64,000 bases of DNA from Ginglymostoma cirratum (Eukaryota), in the NCBI GenBank assembly GCA_024137785.1, contig JAHRHZ010000034.1, positions 21,708,082 through 21,772,081 of the forward strand. Reading direction: 5' to 3'. The notes beneath the pieces are model-generated. The model was not told where the DNA came from. It did not search any database and worked only from the letters and a program-made list of their open reading frames with translations. A program made the translations under genes and the position numbers. Below, in pieces: positions 1 through 13,499 of this stretch; positions within the stretch are counted from its first letter, which is position 1; every line of letters begins with the position of its first letter.

Positions 1-62
1 GGATGGGCAATACATACTGGCCAACCAGCAACATCCACTTCCCACAAGAGAATAAAACAAAA
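1..62 (+). mobile_element. 3' tail of LINE family B / partner tRNA-SINE
   Basis: ggatgggcaa..tggcc..ccagc..catcc..aataaaa matches the tail of the SINE copies at 55748-56180 and 60258-60625. Confidence 0.6.
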
Positions 63-3000
63 TTAGTACAGAGGCAAAAACGCCTCTTACCATTCTGTAG
101 CAATCTTACCATTCAAACCTTCTGTGCAAAATTGAATTTTCTTTAGTTGATTCCAAGAATGTATTTTCACAGTTCTCGCAACTGACTAACCATTGTCCCC
201 TCCTTCAGGGGCTGGGAAAATTTTGTCCTCCTGTCTGGGCTAGTGTTATGTTGATAGGTTAAACAGTGGAACGTGCCTTGAATAGTGTGCCATGTATCAA
301 GTGATACTGGAATTAGATGGAATTTGAGATGTTTATACCTTCAGGTCACATAATGATCACATCTCTTAAAGGCATACTGACAAACTGGCCATGTTACATG
401 ATAGAGAAGTGATCATCTTGGCAACATTCTTCCAATGACCAATGGCAAAGGCAAATTACCTGGTCATTTATATCAACACATGCTTTTGCATCTTGTTGTG
501 CACAAATTGATTGTCATAACTACCAGCAAAATAACAATGCCAACATCTCAGAAGCAATTACGTGTACGCATATTCGGGTCTTGTGAATATTTGATAAGGA
601 AAGTTCTTTCTTAAACACCTCAACTAGCTCTGAGGCCTCATGTGCAATGCAAATTTGAAACGTGTAGTTTTGGGAATGGGGTTGATTGACTACGTTGGCT
701 GATTTTATGCACATATCTCATCCTAACGCTGAGCCCTAAGTATGATTTAACTTGGTCACACAAGAATGAGTAATAAAGATGTAGCAAAACCAAAATGGGT
801 GCAGATTCCATTACAAAATGAAGTAGGATTTGGAAACTCATAATGTATCCCATACTGCACATTGTGTTTTCTGTATTTAGCTCATCTAAAATTGAACTGA
901 TCGGATCGTGAACCTAATTAGCAAAATATAAAGACTGACAAAAGCAAAATAAATAACTGTACGAGCATGACAAAGAAATAAGATATAAACAGTGCTTTCT
1001 AATATAATAACTCTGACAATATGGTTTTGTTTGAAAAACTAGCCATTTTAATGTTGACCTTTTTTTGAAAACGGCTATAAATATGAAATGTCGTCTATGA
1101 TTTGCTTGATACATTCTCTGTGATGGCCACAGTACAGCTGGGCTTCAGTATGAAGCAACACAGAATTAAGTGAGTTTTGTTGGAATGCTGACAAAATAAA
1201 AACTAGGTAAAATAATAATTTGACAAAATAGACTGCACTGATTAATGGCCCATGGATCAATCAGCTAATTACAGTGCGACAAAGATGGACGAAAATGTTA
1301 GCTGAGCAGAAGAGAAAGAGGTTACCAAGCATTTGGTTATTTGTCTAATGGCAGGCTCAACCCTGATAAAGTAATGATATCTTTTTTCACAATAGCTACT
1401 TTGATAGATTTGCAAGAAAGCAATGTGCAGTACCTATTTCCCTGTACTGACCTAGTTTTGTTTTGACAAGATATCCTTACCTTTGTGGTGCAAACTCAGG
1501 CAGAAATAGCAGGGACGATTTAGCTTGTAAGGCAATTAAATGTTATGCAGCAAAGGATTGGACTCTGAATCAGAATGATAGGATTACTTAAAACTGTCAC
1601 AAATAAAAGGCTTTAAATGGGGATTTAGTCTGGTTAACTACAACTCTGTAATGCAATTTGCTTTGTATTATAATAGGAAATAAAATAAAAGAATTTGACT
1701 TGCTCCCACCTCACCAGAGTCCCATAGGGTACAAATTTAATTACAGGAGATTTATGTGATCATTTTAAATAATAAGTAAGAAATTAGTATCTACAAATAA
1801 TGGTTTTGCGCTCATTTGCATGTATCCTGATTTGGCAATGTCTCGATTTTAATTGACTTTGAGAGAAAAAAATTCTATTTTGTCGTAACAGATTGACAAG
1901 TAAGATTGAGTCTTGTTTTACAGATTCTAAAAATCAGGGTCTTGAAGCATTTAACGTGCCCTTTGCCATTAAGTAAGAAAGTGATCCACATTAAATGTGT
2001 AGAAACTAAATTCGGTATTAATCTGCAATGATTACTTTCCAGGAGACTGTTCGCTGAATTTTAGAATATCTACCACCAAGACTTCCATTCAATCACACTG
2101 AATAATGCATCCACATTATTATGCAAATAAAATACTCAAGTCTGTAATTTTCACCATGTCACTCTTGAATATTAATAATTAGCTATCCAGTCACATATTT
2201 ACATAATTATCACCATGCATCCATCAGGATATCACTACAGTATACATCACAGTATCTCAAAGATCCCCTTGGAAATATCCTCAGTAACATTCAAGTAGGT
2301 GATAATGAAGTCTTTAGCCTAACTGTCTGTGTGCATTTCATTAGCAGTTTCTCAATCCCAGTTTGCCTTGTATTGTCAGGCCAGATCGAAGCACATTCTG
2401 AAGCAGTGGTCCCTGCTGCTTCTCTTTGCTATTTCCATCTCCATGCCTGGGTCAAGGTCAGTTTCTGGTCACTCCGTCTCACGTCTCCTAAGTGCATCTG
2501 TCTTACTTTGAGTTTTCTTCTCACAGTTCAACTTTTTTTATTATAAAAAAAGCCTGTTTCAGTTTTCTTCTCAGAGAATCTGTCGTCTGTTGCCAGCTGT
2601 CAAGTTTCAAGTCACACTTTTATTATTGGTGTAACAGTAACCATTTGTCAACAACAAATGAAGAAAATCGATGACAGAAAAAACCAGCAAACTGAGCTAT
2701 TGCTTAGTCACAATGGCTGTTATTTTTCAGCACCAGTGATGTTTACGCTAACTTTATAGTGCTAATTAAAAAATGACTTGGTGTTAATATTCCTCCAGAT
2801 GATATTAAAACCAAGTTCATAGGCTACAATGTTGGGCTAAATCACAGTAAGATGATTATGGCTGATGGATTAAAGCTATCACTTATACTAATTACCGTAA
2901 GATGGGACTGATCGATGTAGGTAATGCTGATAATACCACATGTTACCAGGTGTGTTTGACATATGCCTCGACTTGTTTGCTTGCAGGATTATAGTACCTC

Positions 3001-3454
3001 TAATAGGCTCAAGGCAATATCCATTATGCCGCATTTCTGCGCGGTGCTTTGATTTTACAATTTACAATATATGTTTATACAGTACTTGTGCTTAAAAATA
3101 CATAATCAAAATAAGACAAATAGCAACATTACTGGTTTGTGTAATGTGTCCAACTATTTGCATGATATTACATTTCTACATGTACTGAATGAACCCCCAG
3201 GGATGAATTCCATTTGAAACATGATAGAATGAATTATCACTCTTTTTTCTCAACATGTAGAATTCAAACTGCATGATTATAGCTCAGAAACAAAGCATTT
3301 TTTAAAAAATCCTGAAATTGTGATATTTTTGTATGAAAGTAGAAGGGGTCATTAATCTAGAAATTTCTAATCTATGTAGTGTATTAGAATGAACACTGAT
3401 GTGATGTAGAAAGAAATGTACACTTTACATCAAAATAATTTTTAACAGCATTTA

Positions 3455-3605
3455 TTTTTGTTCAGTCATGGCATGTGGATATCACTGACTAATATAGCAT
3501 TTTTTGCCCATCCCTGGAGAGGGTGCTGGTGAGGGGTGTAGGTGCATCCACACTGCTGTTAGGAAGGGAGTTACATATTTTGATATAGAGACAGTGAAGC
3601 AGGAA
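3455..3605 (-). mobile_element. LINE family B 3' fragment
   Basis: Similar to the start of the minus-strand copy at 41945 (gcccatc..ggtggtgag..agggagtt..gacagtgaag). Confidence 0.55.
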
Positions 3606-4040
3606 ACGAATGCAAAGCTTAATCTATTTCCCTTCGGCTTCTTTCTAACTAACAGAAGTCTAACAGATGCTATAGCAAAATACCATAGATGCTGAAAGTC
3701 TGAAGTAAAAATATAAACTGTAGGAATTTCATTATTGTCCAATTTTTTTTTTCTTTCCATTGTCATTTTGGTTTGCTAGATCTAATATTTTGTTTCCATT
3801 TTATTTCTGTATCGTACACCATATTGGAAGTGCATTCTTTTTTTTCTGATTTACTGAATGTCTTTTGAGGTGGAGGGGATGATTCAGGTGATTGGTAGAT
3901 TCCAATGGCATCATTCAATTTATTACCCTACTTTTTTGGTGTAAGTAGCTTTGTACCTGAGCTCAGGTGAACGAAAATGTTAGGGTCCAGAAACATAACG
4001 GGAGCATTCGACCTTCCTCACCAACACCTATCTTATATTA

Positions 4041-4152
4041 AAACTGAAAGAACTGCGGATGCTGTAAATCAGGAGCAAAAACAAAGTTGCTGGAAAAGCT
4101 CAGCAAGTCTGGTAGCATCTTCACAGCTGCTGCCAGACCTGCTGAGCTTTTC
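4041..4152. mobile_element. Miniature fold-back Penelope-like element insertion
   Basis: Internal inverted repeat (ggaaaagctcagcaagtctggtagca / tgctgccagacctgctgagcttttcc); perfect 16-bp TSD cacctatcttatatta at 4025-4040 and 4153-4168; homologous to the Penelope terminus at 51870-51970. Confidence 0.85.
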
Positions 4153-5384
4153 CACCTATCTTATATTATCTCTCAGACGGATGAATTAAAATCAGTCCTA
4201 TCAATTCTTCCTTACATTAGAATAAATCTTGCCTATATGCCATCTGATTTATTAGATATTAAGAACAAAGGATGCAATGCGAAAACAATAACTTACAGTT
4301 ACATGACTTTTTGTTTGCTCGAATGCTATTGTGTCATTCAGTTCTTCAGGACCGAGTAAAAATGAGGAACTTAATGTCATGATTAATAATTCTGATGTGC
4401 AGTGACTAAAAATCATTTTATTTATCTTGCAAGAAGAACTCAATCTTACACTTTGAAATACAGTTGGCCCTGGATGCTAGATCATACAAGTGATATGTAT
4501 ACATATCAGATAAACATTTGTCAGCATCAGTTTGTTATGGTTGATGCTTTTAATCCATTAGAAACACATCAGTTCAGGAGCAGACAGTTTCTCCAGATGT
4601 CCCCACAAGCAGTGGAGAGAATGGGGACAACAGGTACGCCTACAAACAGTGACACAGGACAAAGACCCAGACGTTTGCAGAGCTGTGGACACTCCGTGGT
4701 ACATCTAAGATGATGAATGGACACTGAATCCAGATATTCAGTCCTGATAGCCAACTGTTTTTTGCCGTGGTGTGTAGGCCAGAGGTGAAATTGGAGAAAT
4801 GGCGGTAAAGAGGCAGATATGACTCACATATATGTGAGACCCAACATCAGTGGGGCCATTTGAATTCAGCGTCTAATTCAAAAAGATCCCATTGCTTCCA
4901 GAGCAAAGGCTTTGTCCCACGATATGTGGGTTGAAATATTTTAGAGAATACATAAATCCTAGTGAAGTACAGAAAAGATATATGCAACTAACAAACTGCC
5001 AAACTATTTATTACCCTACTATTTTTGCCTGCTGAAATCTTATAATGGTAATAAATCCACAATACAAAGTTGATGTAATTTGTTCTAGAAGTTTAAATGG
5101 CTGTTAGTGACATATGCTAAATGCTGATAATGGCATTATCAATGCTTGACTACTTTTCATCATCATTATGATCAAATTGAGACGATGTATGTTCACTGTT
5201 TGATTGGGAAATTATTAATGGATGTGTTGCCTTTAATATATGGTTGTGAATATAAATGTTTGCTTTTATAAGTATTTGCGGCATTTTAAATATACTAATG
5301 GCCTTTCGTGAATAAGAGATTTTTATTTTGTGAAGTGGGGTCGATAATAGACGTTTAGAGCACTTTCAAGGATTTATAGTGATC

Positions 5385-5620
5385 AGGTGATTTTCGTTTC
5401 ACTCAAGTGGTTATAAACCACTAGAACTCTTTTCACTAGAAGGCAGTGAAGGTGAAATTATTGGCTATTTTTAAGGCAGAGGTAGATAGATTCTTGATTG
5501 TTTAAAAATTGGAGATTTGCAGATGTATATCAAAAGGCAGAGTTGCGGCCATAGTCAGATAATCCATTAAATTCCTGCATGAGAGACTACACCCAAGGTG
5601 CCGAGTCACTTATTTCTGAT
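5385..5620 (+). mobile_element. Old CR1 LINE 3' fragment
   Basis: tttttaaggcagaggtagatagattcttg and other CR1 ORF2-end/3'UTR motifs. Confidence 0.6.
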
Positions 5621-6259
5621 CCAGATTCATATGCCTCGATACCTGTTGAGTTTATTGGAGTGTGAGGGGAATGAACGGTGGATGTGAGGCTTAAATTGGC
5701 AGTAACTTTGTGCGGGGGCTATTAAGAGCGCTGGCATTTTGGGGACACGAGGCTGCATGTGTGGAAATAGGGATTGGAATTTGGCTGTGAGTTCAGAGGG
5801 ATAAAGGGCTAGAATATAAGTGAACAACTGGGACAAAGGCACAGCATCTGTTGTTTGATCTGATCTGCCTCTGGGTTTAGAGAGCCTGACTCCAGCCTCC
5901 CTTCCACCCCATTCATCAATCCGGAACAACGATCCCATTATTTGAGACATTTCTCTCATGAGATGGTTGTGGTCAGTCAGGAGATTTTTAAACTCTGTGT
6001 GGCTATCTTGGATTCAAGTCTCTAACAACCACTTTTCAGATTATAACAAAGTGTAAACAGAAAGATTTTAACACCATGATAATTTGTTATTACCCCTTTT
6101 TCACTGTCTCACAATTGGAAGCTGCCCTGAAAGGAAATTTAAAGAAATGATGTATGTAAACATGTGTATCAGTGTATGAATACATGTGTATTCTTTTGTT
6201 CTTGTATTTTTAGCATTTTATTTTCACAATGCATTTAGACTTTATAAACAAAACAGGCG

Positions 6260-6800
6260 TGATACTGCAGAACTTGAGTTTTGTTGAAAAAGACATTTTG
6301 TCAAAACTTTTCATCTTGAACTCATTAGGACTTGTTGTAAGAATATCAATTCAAGGGGAAAACCATTCTTTATACTCTATAAGAGAAGAGTGTTGCTTGA
6401 TTGGCAAGTGAACGCTGGAGATACCGACGTTGTCATGAAGGATACTCCATGAATGACGATTGACAGTTAACTGTCAGGCTTTCCTTATATTTAAAAATAG
6501 GAAGGTCAATTGCAATTAGTCAGGGCATTCCCTTTAGAAATTAACAGGCAAATGGCAGTCATCAACTTTGTTTTTTTGAAAAAGGCACCATACACGTACA
6601 TATTCTTTCTGTTTGCAAAGTATGTGACATATGTAGCTTTCAGTTCATGTAAAAGCATCATGCTGTATCGTCAATGAATAATTCTAAATCAGTTGTCAAC
6701 ACAGTTGCATGCCCAGGATTGCGCAGCAAATGTTTTTCAAATGGAGAACTTCATCTGATGTTGCAGAACATGTTGCTTGTTCATAAGAGTGGGCTGACTG
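6260..6800 (-). mobile_element. Decayed Penelope-like element (second family): GIY-YIG C-terminus and terminal repeat
   Basis: Minus strand gives, with frameshifts, ..HLLRNP.. and ..ELKATY..LCKQKEYV, resembling the Penelope endonuclease C-terminal LEAxYI..LCxQKE motif; decayed hammerhead-like core at 6301-6330. Confidence 0.6.
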
Positions 6801-6834
6801 TTTATGGTCAGTACCTTGGTTGTTATAAACAGCT

Positions 6835-7490
6835 TAATACCCATCAATATCCTGGAGGTTACCATTGATCAGTAACTGAACTAGGCTAGCTCTATAAAAA
6901 CTGTGGCTAGCAAACTAGGTCAGAGTTTAAGGACCCAACAGTGAATAATTCCCTTCCTGAGTCCTCAAAATCTGTCCACAGTCTACAAAGTACAACTCAG
7001 GAGTGTGACGGATGCTCCTCACTTGCTTGGATGAATGGAATTCCAATAACACTCATGAAGCTTGACAGCATCCAGGACAAAGCAGCCCACATAACAGGCA
7101 TACCATCCACACACGTTCACTCCCACCACCCCTGCTCAGTAGCAGCTGTGTGTGCTATCTGCAAGATACATTGCAGAAATTTACCAATGTTCTTTAGATA
7201 GCGCCTTCCAAGTCCACAAATGCTGCCATCTCGAAGGACCAAGGGCAGCAGATACGTGGGAACAGCACCATCAGTAAGTTTCTGTCCCAACCACTCACGA
7301 TTCAAACTTGGAAATATATCACTGTTCATTTAATGTTGATAGGTCAAAATCATAGAGCTCCCTTCCTAGCAGCATTGTAGGAAGGACTGCAGCAGTTCGA
7401 GAAGACAGCGCACCACCAACTTCTCAAGGGTGATTAGAGGCAGGGAATACATGCCGTCCAGCCAATAATGCCTGCATCACACAAAAATAT
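6835..7490 (+). mobile_element. LINE family B (CR1/L2-group non-LTR) 3' portion
   Basis: ORF 6941 (LAWMNG..KLDSIQDKAA..SVAAVCAICKIHCRN) is homologous to 41988-42353; ends in the family tail. Confidence 0.8.
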
Positions 7491-8809
7491 AAAGTAACTG
7501 AAGCATATACTGTTTCATACAATCTGCCAGCCTATGGGACATATAGCCCACATAGCTGGTCTCGTACTGGCACTGAAATTCATATATAACATTTCTCGTT
7601 CGTGTAATGGACAGAATGTGTTTTTAGCTTGATAGCAGCACCCTGTTAGCAGTGATTATGTCTTATGTTATTACTGCATAGTAGCAGCATGAAACAGCTA
7701 CCTTCAGCTGTTGCGAAAATTTTTGGGATACTTTGTCCTTGCATGGTAATTGAGGATAAACCGGGCACTTTTCAGGATCAGGGGAGGCAGCCTTAGATCC
7801 ATCACAAGTTTGTGGGATATATAGTGAGAAATTATCTGATCATTATGCTATAGATAGCTTTGACTGGCCCTGTTTCAGCGTCAAGATTGCACAGTGAATA
7901 AATAGTTCAAATCTTATTTACGAAATTGTTGATAAGGCCAGTCTTATAGCATATGGAACAGTAGGATACCCAGTGTGTACTGATCAGCGAAGGTAGATTA
8001 GCCAGTCATAGATAATCCCATGTCTGATTTCTCAACCAGAACATTGACCGAATGGAGCTCATTTGGCTGCTCCAATCCAAATATGAACTTGAACTCAAGA
8101 TGGAAGCAATAAAACATGGAAGAAAATACCTACATGCAGCTGAGGACTGAGAAATAATAAATGTAGTGGCTACATAATGGAAATGTGCAAGGGATAAGAG
8201 GTTAGGTGTCATTCCATCAAAGACACATTTCTCATGGAATCCAGGTGAGATATTTGTGAGCATTGGGCAGGGCAATGTAAAAGGGAGTGATCCTAGATCA
8301 GTTTGCCAGTGTTTAGACACAGCCAGTACACATGTAAAGGTAGCTAGTGAAAATGAAAGTGCCGAAAGACATTGTGCAAGCAGTCCCTTTAGGCATTTAC
8401 ATTGAAGCTAAACAATCATTGCACATTAAACAATTAAAAGCTGCAAATGTCAACTTCTCAAAATTTTCCAGTCATTCATAACATTTTATGAGCAAAGTAG
8501 CAAAGATTCAACAGCAGAGCTGATGGTGGAGGCTTGGAGTGAGAAGGAGATAATGGCTACTTAATCAGACAAGCGCCCATTGTGTTGGAGGTTGCATGGA
8601 TAGAGGCTTGGATAACTAAAGAAAACAGAGATTTGGGACATGGGGGCATTTACAATCTTGGCAACATGCAGCCAGTAGAGTGACACAGGGATTAGTGCCG
8701 GGGCCACAACGATTTACAATAAATATCAAATCACAATGAAAATGGCAATTCAGCGATGCCCGCCAAAGTGTGCATGGATGGATGTCAGGTATAGGAAAAC
8801 TCTACTGTT

Positions 8810-9135
8810 AGACTCGTCGAATCCCTACAGTATTGTAGCAGGCCATTCAGCTCATTGACTCCACACTGACCCTCTGAAGACCATCCCATCCCCTACACTA
8901 TCCTTGTAATCCAACATTCCCATGGCTAACCACTTAACCTACACATGCTTGGGCACTGTGGGCAATTTAGCATGGCCAATCCACCTAACCTGGACACCTT
9001 TGGACTGTGGGAGGTAACTGGGGCACCTGGAGGAAACCCAGGCAGACACAGGGAGAACGTACAAACTGCACACAGTTGCCCAAGGGTAGAATTGAACCTG
9101 GCACTGTGAGGCAGCAGTGCTAGCCACTATGCCAC
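8810..9135 (-). mobile_element. HE1-type V-SINE
   Basis: tRNA-like head (gtggcatagtggctagcactgctgcctcacag) and V-domain (tctccctgtgtctgcctgggtttcctccaggtgc) followed by a CR1-like tail. Confidence 0.85.
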
Positions 9136-9729
9136 TGTCCTACCTACTATGGATGAATAATCTGCAACACTCGACCACAGAGTACATAGCCGTAGCATTC
9201 AGAAGAGGAGAGGGTGGAGTAAAGTAAAAATACATGTAAAATTCAGAAATTTTACGCTCAGATCAGAAACTTACAAATCTATTCGCCGATGAGACAGGTA
9301 TGGGCGCACTGAATCTCATGGAAAAAAAAGTACAGGAGGCTGGAGAACGTTGGATAGTTTCATCAAAGGGCAAACACAGGCCTTCCTTTTGTGTTGGACA
9401 ATTTTATCATTCATTGTAATGTAGTCACTTGAGAACAACACTAGTAGTTTATCATCATATAGATGCTTTTTATTTCCATGACCACCCTTTTTAGTAAGAA
9501 TTCCTCTCTTTAGAATAAAGATTCATTTCATAAAGATATCCTTTGTTGGCTGTTTCTAATGCATATCACAAGCCCATGTAGAGGAAACACCAGGTGTCAG
9601 ATGAGAAATTTCTCTGATTTTCAACATCAATCCTTTTTTTAAACTCCAATAACAATACAGAAGAAAATATAATAATAGTTGCTGAAACTCTTGGCATCTC
9701 TAGGCAGCAATTAAAACAGAACAGTAAAA

Positions 9730-10110
9730 GCAAAATACAGCAGATTCTGGCAATCTGAAATAAAAAAAAACAGAAAATGCTGCAGAACTCAGACTGTCCA
9801 GCAGTACTGTAGATCATAAAACCATGACATATTGGAGCAGAATTAGGCCATTTGACCCATCGAGTCTGCTCTGCCATTCGATCATCGCTGATCTGTTTCT
9901 CAACCCTATTCTCCTGCCTTCTCCTCGTAACCCTCGAACCCTTTACTAATCAAGGACCTCTGCCTCAAATACATGAGTTGGCCACCACTGTTATCTGCAG
10001 CAATGAGCTCCACAGATTCACCATCTTCTGGCTGAAGAGGGAAACACTATTAATGTTTCATGTTCAGTAATACTACTCTTCAATGACTTGACTTGCTAAG
10101 TTTATCTAGC
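9730..10110. mobile_element. Old Penelope-terminus fragment interrupted by a CR1 3' end (9813-10038, minus)
   Basis: cagattctggcaatctgaaataaaa..cagaaaatgctg head; the insert has ggagcagaattaggccatt..cccatcgagtctgctctgccattc CR1 3'UTR. Confidence 0.6.
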
Positions 10111-10169
10111 TCTTACTGTTTCACTTAGAAGACACTACCTGCAGTCTGGGGATTTCGTTTCCCTTTAAC

Positions 10170-10370
10170 GTAAGGTTTGGTTTGCTCAGTTGGACGGATG
10201 GTTTGTGATACAGAGCGATGCCAGCATTAATTCCCACCATTGGCTCTGGTTGCTTTGAAGGACTCTCCTTCTCAACTTCTACCTTTGCCCTAGGCATGGT
10301 GACCCTCGGGTTAAACCAATACGGTTTTTTTTGTCTCTAATGAGAGAGCAGCCCTACGGTGACTTTATCT
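10170..10370 (+). mobile_element. Old tRNA-derived SINE
   Basis: A-box-like gctcagttgg followed by a body ending gagagcagcccta..tgactttatcttt. Confidence 0.45.
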
Positions 10371-11714
10371 TTAATGTGAAGTTTTGGATGTAAGAAGATG
10401 CAACACACTCCACCCACATTCACGGCTGAATTTTACATTGTAAAGGAAACTCCCCATTGTTCTGTGGAAACTGACATTTCCCCAGCCTGCAAATGCATCC
10501 CCCACACCCCCCAAAAAAAATCCCTGTGACATTGCCAGCATGCCAGGACCTTTCAGTGAGAATAACACAAAAGAAATCTAATGAGCTGACTTTTTATGGA
10601 AATGTGAGGTCAACTCACCTGATAAGTAATGGTCCCACTGGTGCTGTGCTGGGACTGAATTATTCACAGCACATCGACACATCGTCTCACATATATTAGG
10701 CAGGCTACCTGAGAGCAGCTGGTGCCCACTGAGCTGAGCGCGAGTACAAGTCAGCATCTTTGGAAGGTGAAAGGAGACAATTTAGAGGGGCCAACAAAAA
10801 TGAGCAGTCATCTGGTCGACTGTAGCCCATCAGTATCCCAGCTTTAATTGATAACTGCAGCGTGCCATGATTAGAAATGCATAATGAAATGTTTAATGTG
10901 AAATTAAAAATAGAAACCTAAACGTGCTATATATATCTAATTAGCCCTTGGCTCACTGTGTACAGCATTCTAGTGTGGATTAAAATGAATTTTCATTGGG
11001 CTAAAGGTCAGATAAAATAATTATTGGGATGTGAATTGCTTGATGATGCATTTATTGCATATTTCAATGCCACATTATTCGACATTTTTTCATAATTAAA
11101 TTTTGATGCAAATTAACCTCTGCCACCTTCTGACACCTCTTCCCTGCTAAGTTTAGTTACACATAATGTCATTGATGGATCAGGTGATGCTTTATTCTGC
11201 ACCGTTAGAAAAAAACATACTTGTTTTTACAAAATAATGATTACCGACAATCGAAATGTTACAATGACTGGAATAGATCAGACACTGAATTGTGACCTTG
11301 ATTATCTGCTTTTTATTGAATGATTCTTGGGGTTAATGATCATTCGGACCAGGAGGATAGTAATCTGGGTGAGCAGAAATTCCACTCATCACCATAGCCT
11401 TATTTCCAATCGTTATTTTGTTCATTTCGGCCCTTATATTGTTTTGGGATTCAGTGAAGAGTTCTCAGTTTAGGGGTAGCCTCTGATTTCCACTTCCCCT
11501 TCACTCCTGGTGCTGTTGTGTTCAAGGCTAGTCATTTCAGCCTCCTCCAACTGACTTAAGAGCTTGCAATTCGATTGTGACAAAGCTCGTGAATAAACAT
11601 TATATCATGGATGCAGCAATAAGTATGTTTGTGTGGGGCTTTGGTGAGGACCAGCTGTCTATTTGCAATAGGTAATATTTACTAATGTACGCACCTGGAT
11701 TCTGAATTTGTTCA

Positions 11715-11950
11715 CTACCAAGACTTGTTGCCATTATACAGGGCCTTGGTGAGGCCACACCTGGAACTCTGTGTGCAGGTTTGGCCTCTTTTTCTGAGGA
11801 AGGACGATCTTGCTATTGAGGGAATGCAACAAAGGTTTACCAGACCGAATCTTGGGATGGCAGGTCTGACATATGAGGGGAGGATGAATCGGTTAAGATT
11901 ATTATCGCTGGAGACGGAACTCAAAGAAACCTATGAAATGCTAAAATAAA
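11715..11950 (+). mobile_element. CR1 ORF2 fragment
   Basis: LYRALVRPHLELCVQVW..IEGMQQRFTR. Confidence 0.85.
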
Positions 11951-12116
11951 ATTCTAAAATCCATTTTCTCGGCTTCCGGATAAGTGTAGAAAATGAAACT
12001 TAACATGGATGTTTCCTGATATTATGTAGTGATTTTTATTTCCCCTTCCATGCCACTACTTGCGCAAAGAGTGTTTGGGAAGGCTGAAATATATGTTTGG
12101 AAAACGGTTAACACAA

Positions 12117-13395
12117 ACAGAGTAACATAGAAGATAGGCATGGGAGCAGGACATTCGACCCCTCGAGCCTCCGATGGCATTCGTTATAATCATGGCTGAT
12201 CATCGAGCTCAATACCCTAATCCCTCCCTCTTCCCTTATTCCTTGATCCCTTCAGTCACGAGAGCTATATAGAGTCATGGAGTCACAAAGCTGTACAGTA
12301 CAGAAACAGACCCTTCAGTCCAACTTGTCCATGCTGACCAGATATCCTAACTTAATCTTGTCCCATTTGTCAGCATTTTGCCCATATCCCTCTAAAACCT
12401 CCTTATTCATATACCATCCAGATGTCTTTTAAATGTTGTAATTATACCAGCCTCCCCCACTTCCGCTGGCAGCTCATTCCATACACGCACTATCCCCTGA
12501 GTGAAAAAGTTGCCCCTTAGGTCCCTTTTATATCTTGTCCCTCTCACCTTAAATCTAAGCCCTCTAGTTTTGGACTCTCCTACCCTACGTCCTTGGCTGT
12601 TCAACCTATCTATGCAGCTCATGATTTTATAAACTTCTACAAAGTCACCCCTCAATCTTCAATACTTCAGGGAAAATTCAGCCTATTCAGTTTCTCCCCA
12701 CAGCTTAAATGCTCCAACCCTGGCACTATCCTTATAAATCTTTTTTTGCATTCTATCAAGTTTAACAACATCTTTCCTGTAGAAGGGAGAGCAGAATTGA
12801 ACATAGTATTCCAAAAGTGGCTTAACGAATGTCCTGTCCAGCTGCAACATGGCATCTTAACTCCTATACTCAGTGTACTGACTAATGAAGGCAAGTGTAC
12901 CAAACACTTTCTTCACAACTCTATCTACCTGTGACTCCACCTTCAAGGAGCTATGCAGCTGTACCTCAAGGCCTCTTTGTTCGGCAACACTCCCCAGGAC
13001 CTTACCATTAAGTGTATAAATCCTGCCCCTTAGCAAAATACAACACCTCACATTTATCTAAATTAAACTCCATCTGCCACTATCTACCTCCTCTTGAAAA
13101 CAGAATTTATTGGCCCCATCTGCTTCCTGCATCTCACCAATCCAGTCCAGCTCAAATTTTATAGATTTCTATGAGATTCCCCCTCATTCTTCTAAACTCC
13201 AGAGGATACAGTCCTAACTGAGTCAATCTCTCTTTATACGTCTGTCCTGCTATACCAGAAGGCGGTCTGGTAAACCTTTGCTGCATTCCCTTTTAAGCAA
13301 GAACATCCTTCCTCAGATAAAGAGACCAAAACTGCACGCAATATTACAGGTATGGCCTCACCAATTCCCTGTATAATTGCAGCAAGACATCCTTG
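12117..13395 (-). mobile_element. CR1 fragment (12117-12270 + 13081-13395) interrupted by a younger CR1 (12271-13080)
   Basis: ORFs RGDFVEVYKIM..GNFFTQ and YTLNGKVL..GTLAFISQ; the host sequence resumes at 13081. Confidence 0.85.
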
Positions 13396-13499
13396 GACTT
13401 AAATATTGACTTCACTTGCATTTATATCTTTTAATTGTGACTTAACTGCTTTAAGGCCTGGTACAGTGTAGAATTGAAAAGCTATTCTAATGGTAACCA

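Noticed and set aside
2373-2462. Possible 77-nt exon (tgtcag..AAG/gtcagt)
   Set aside because: No recognisable peptide or partner exons; such splice-like pairs arise by chance.
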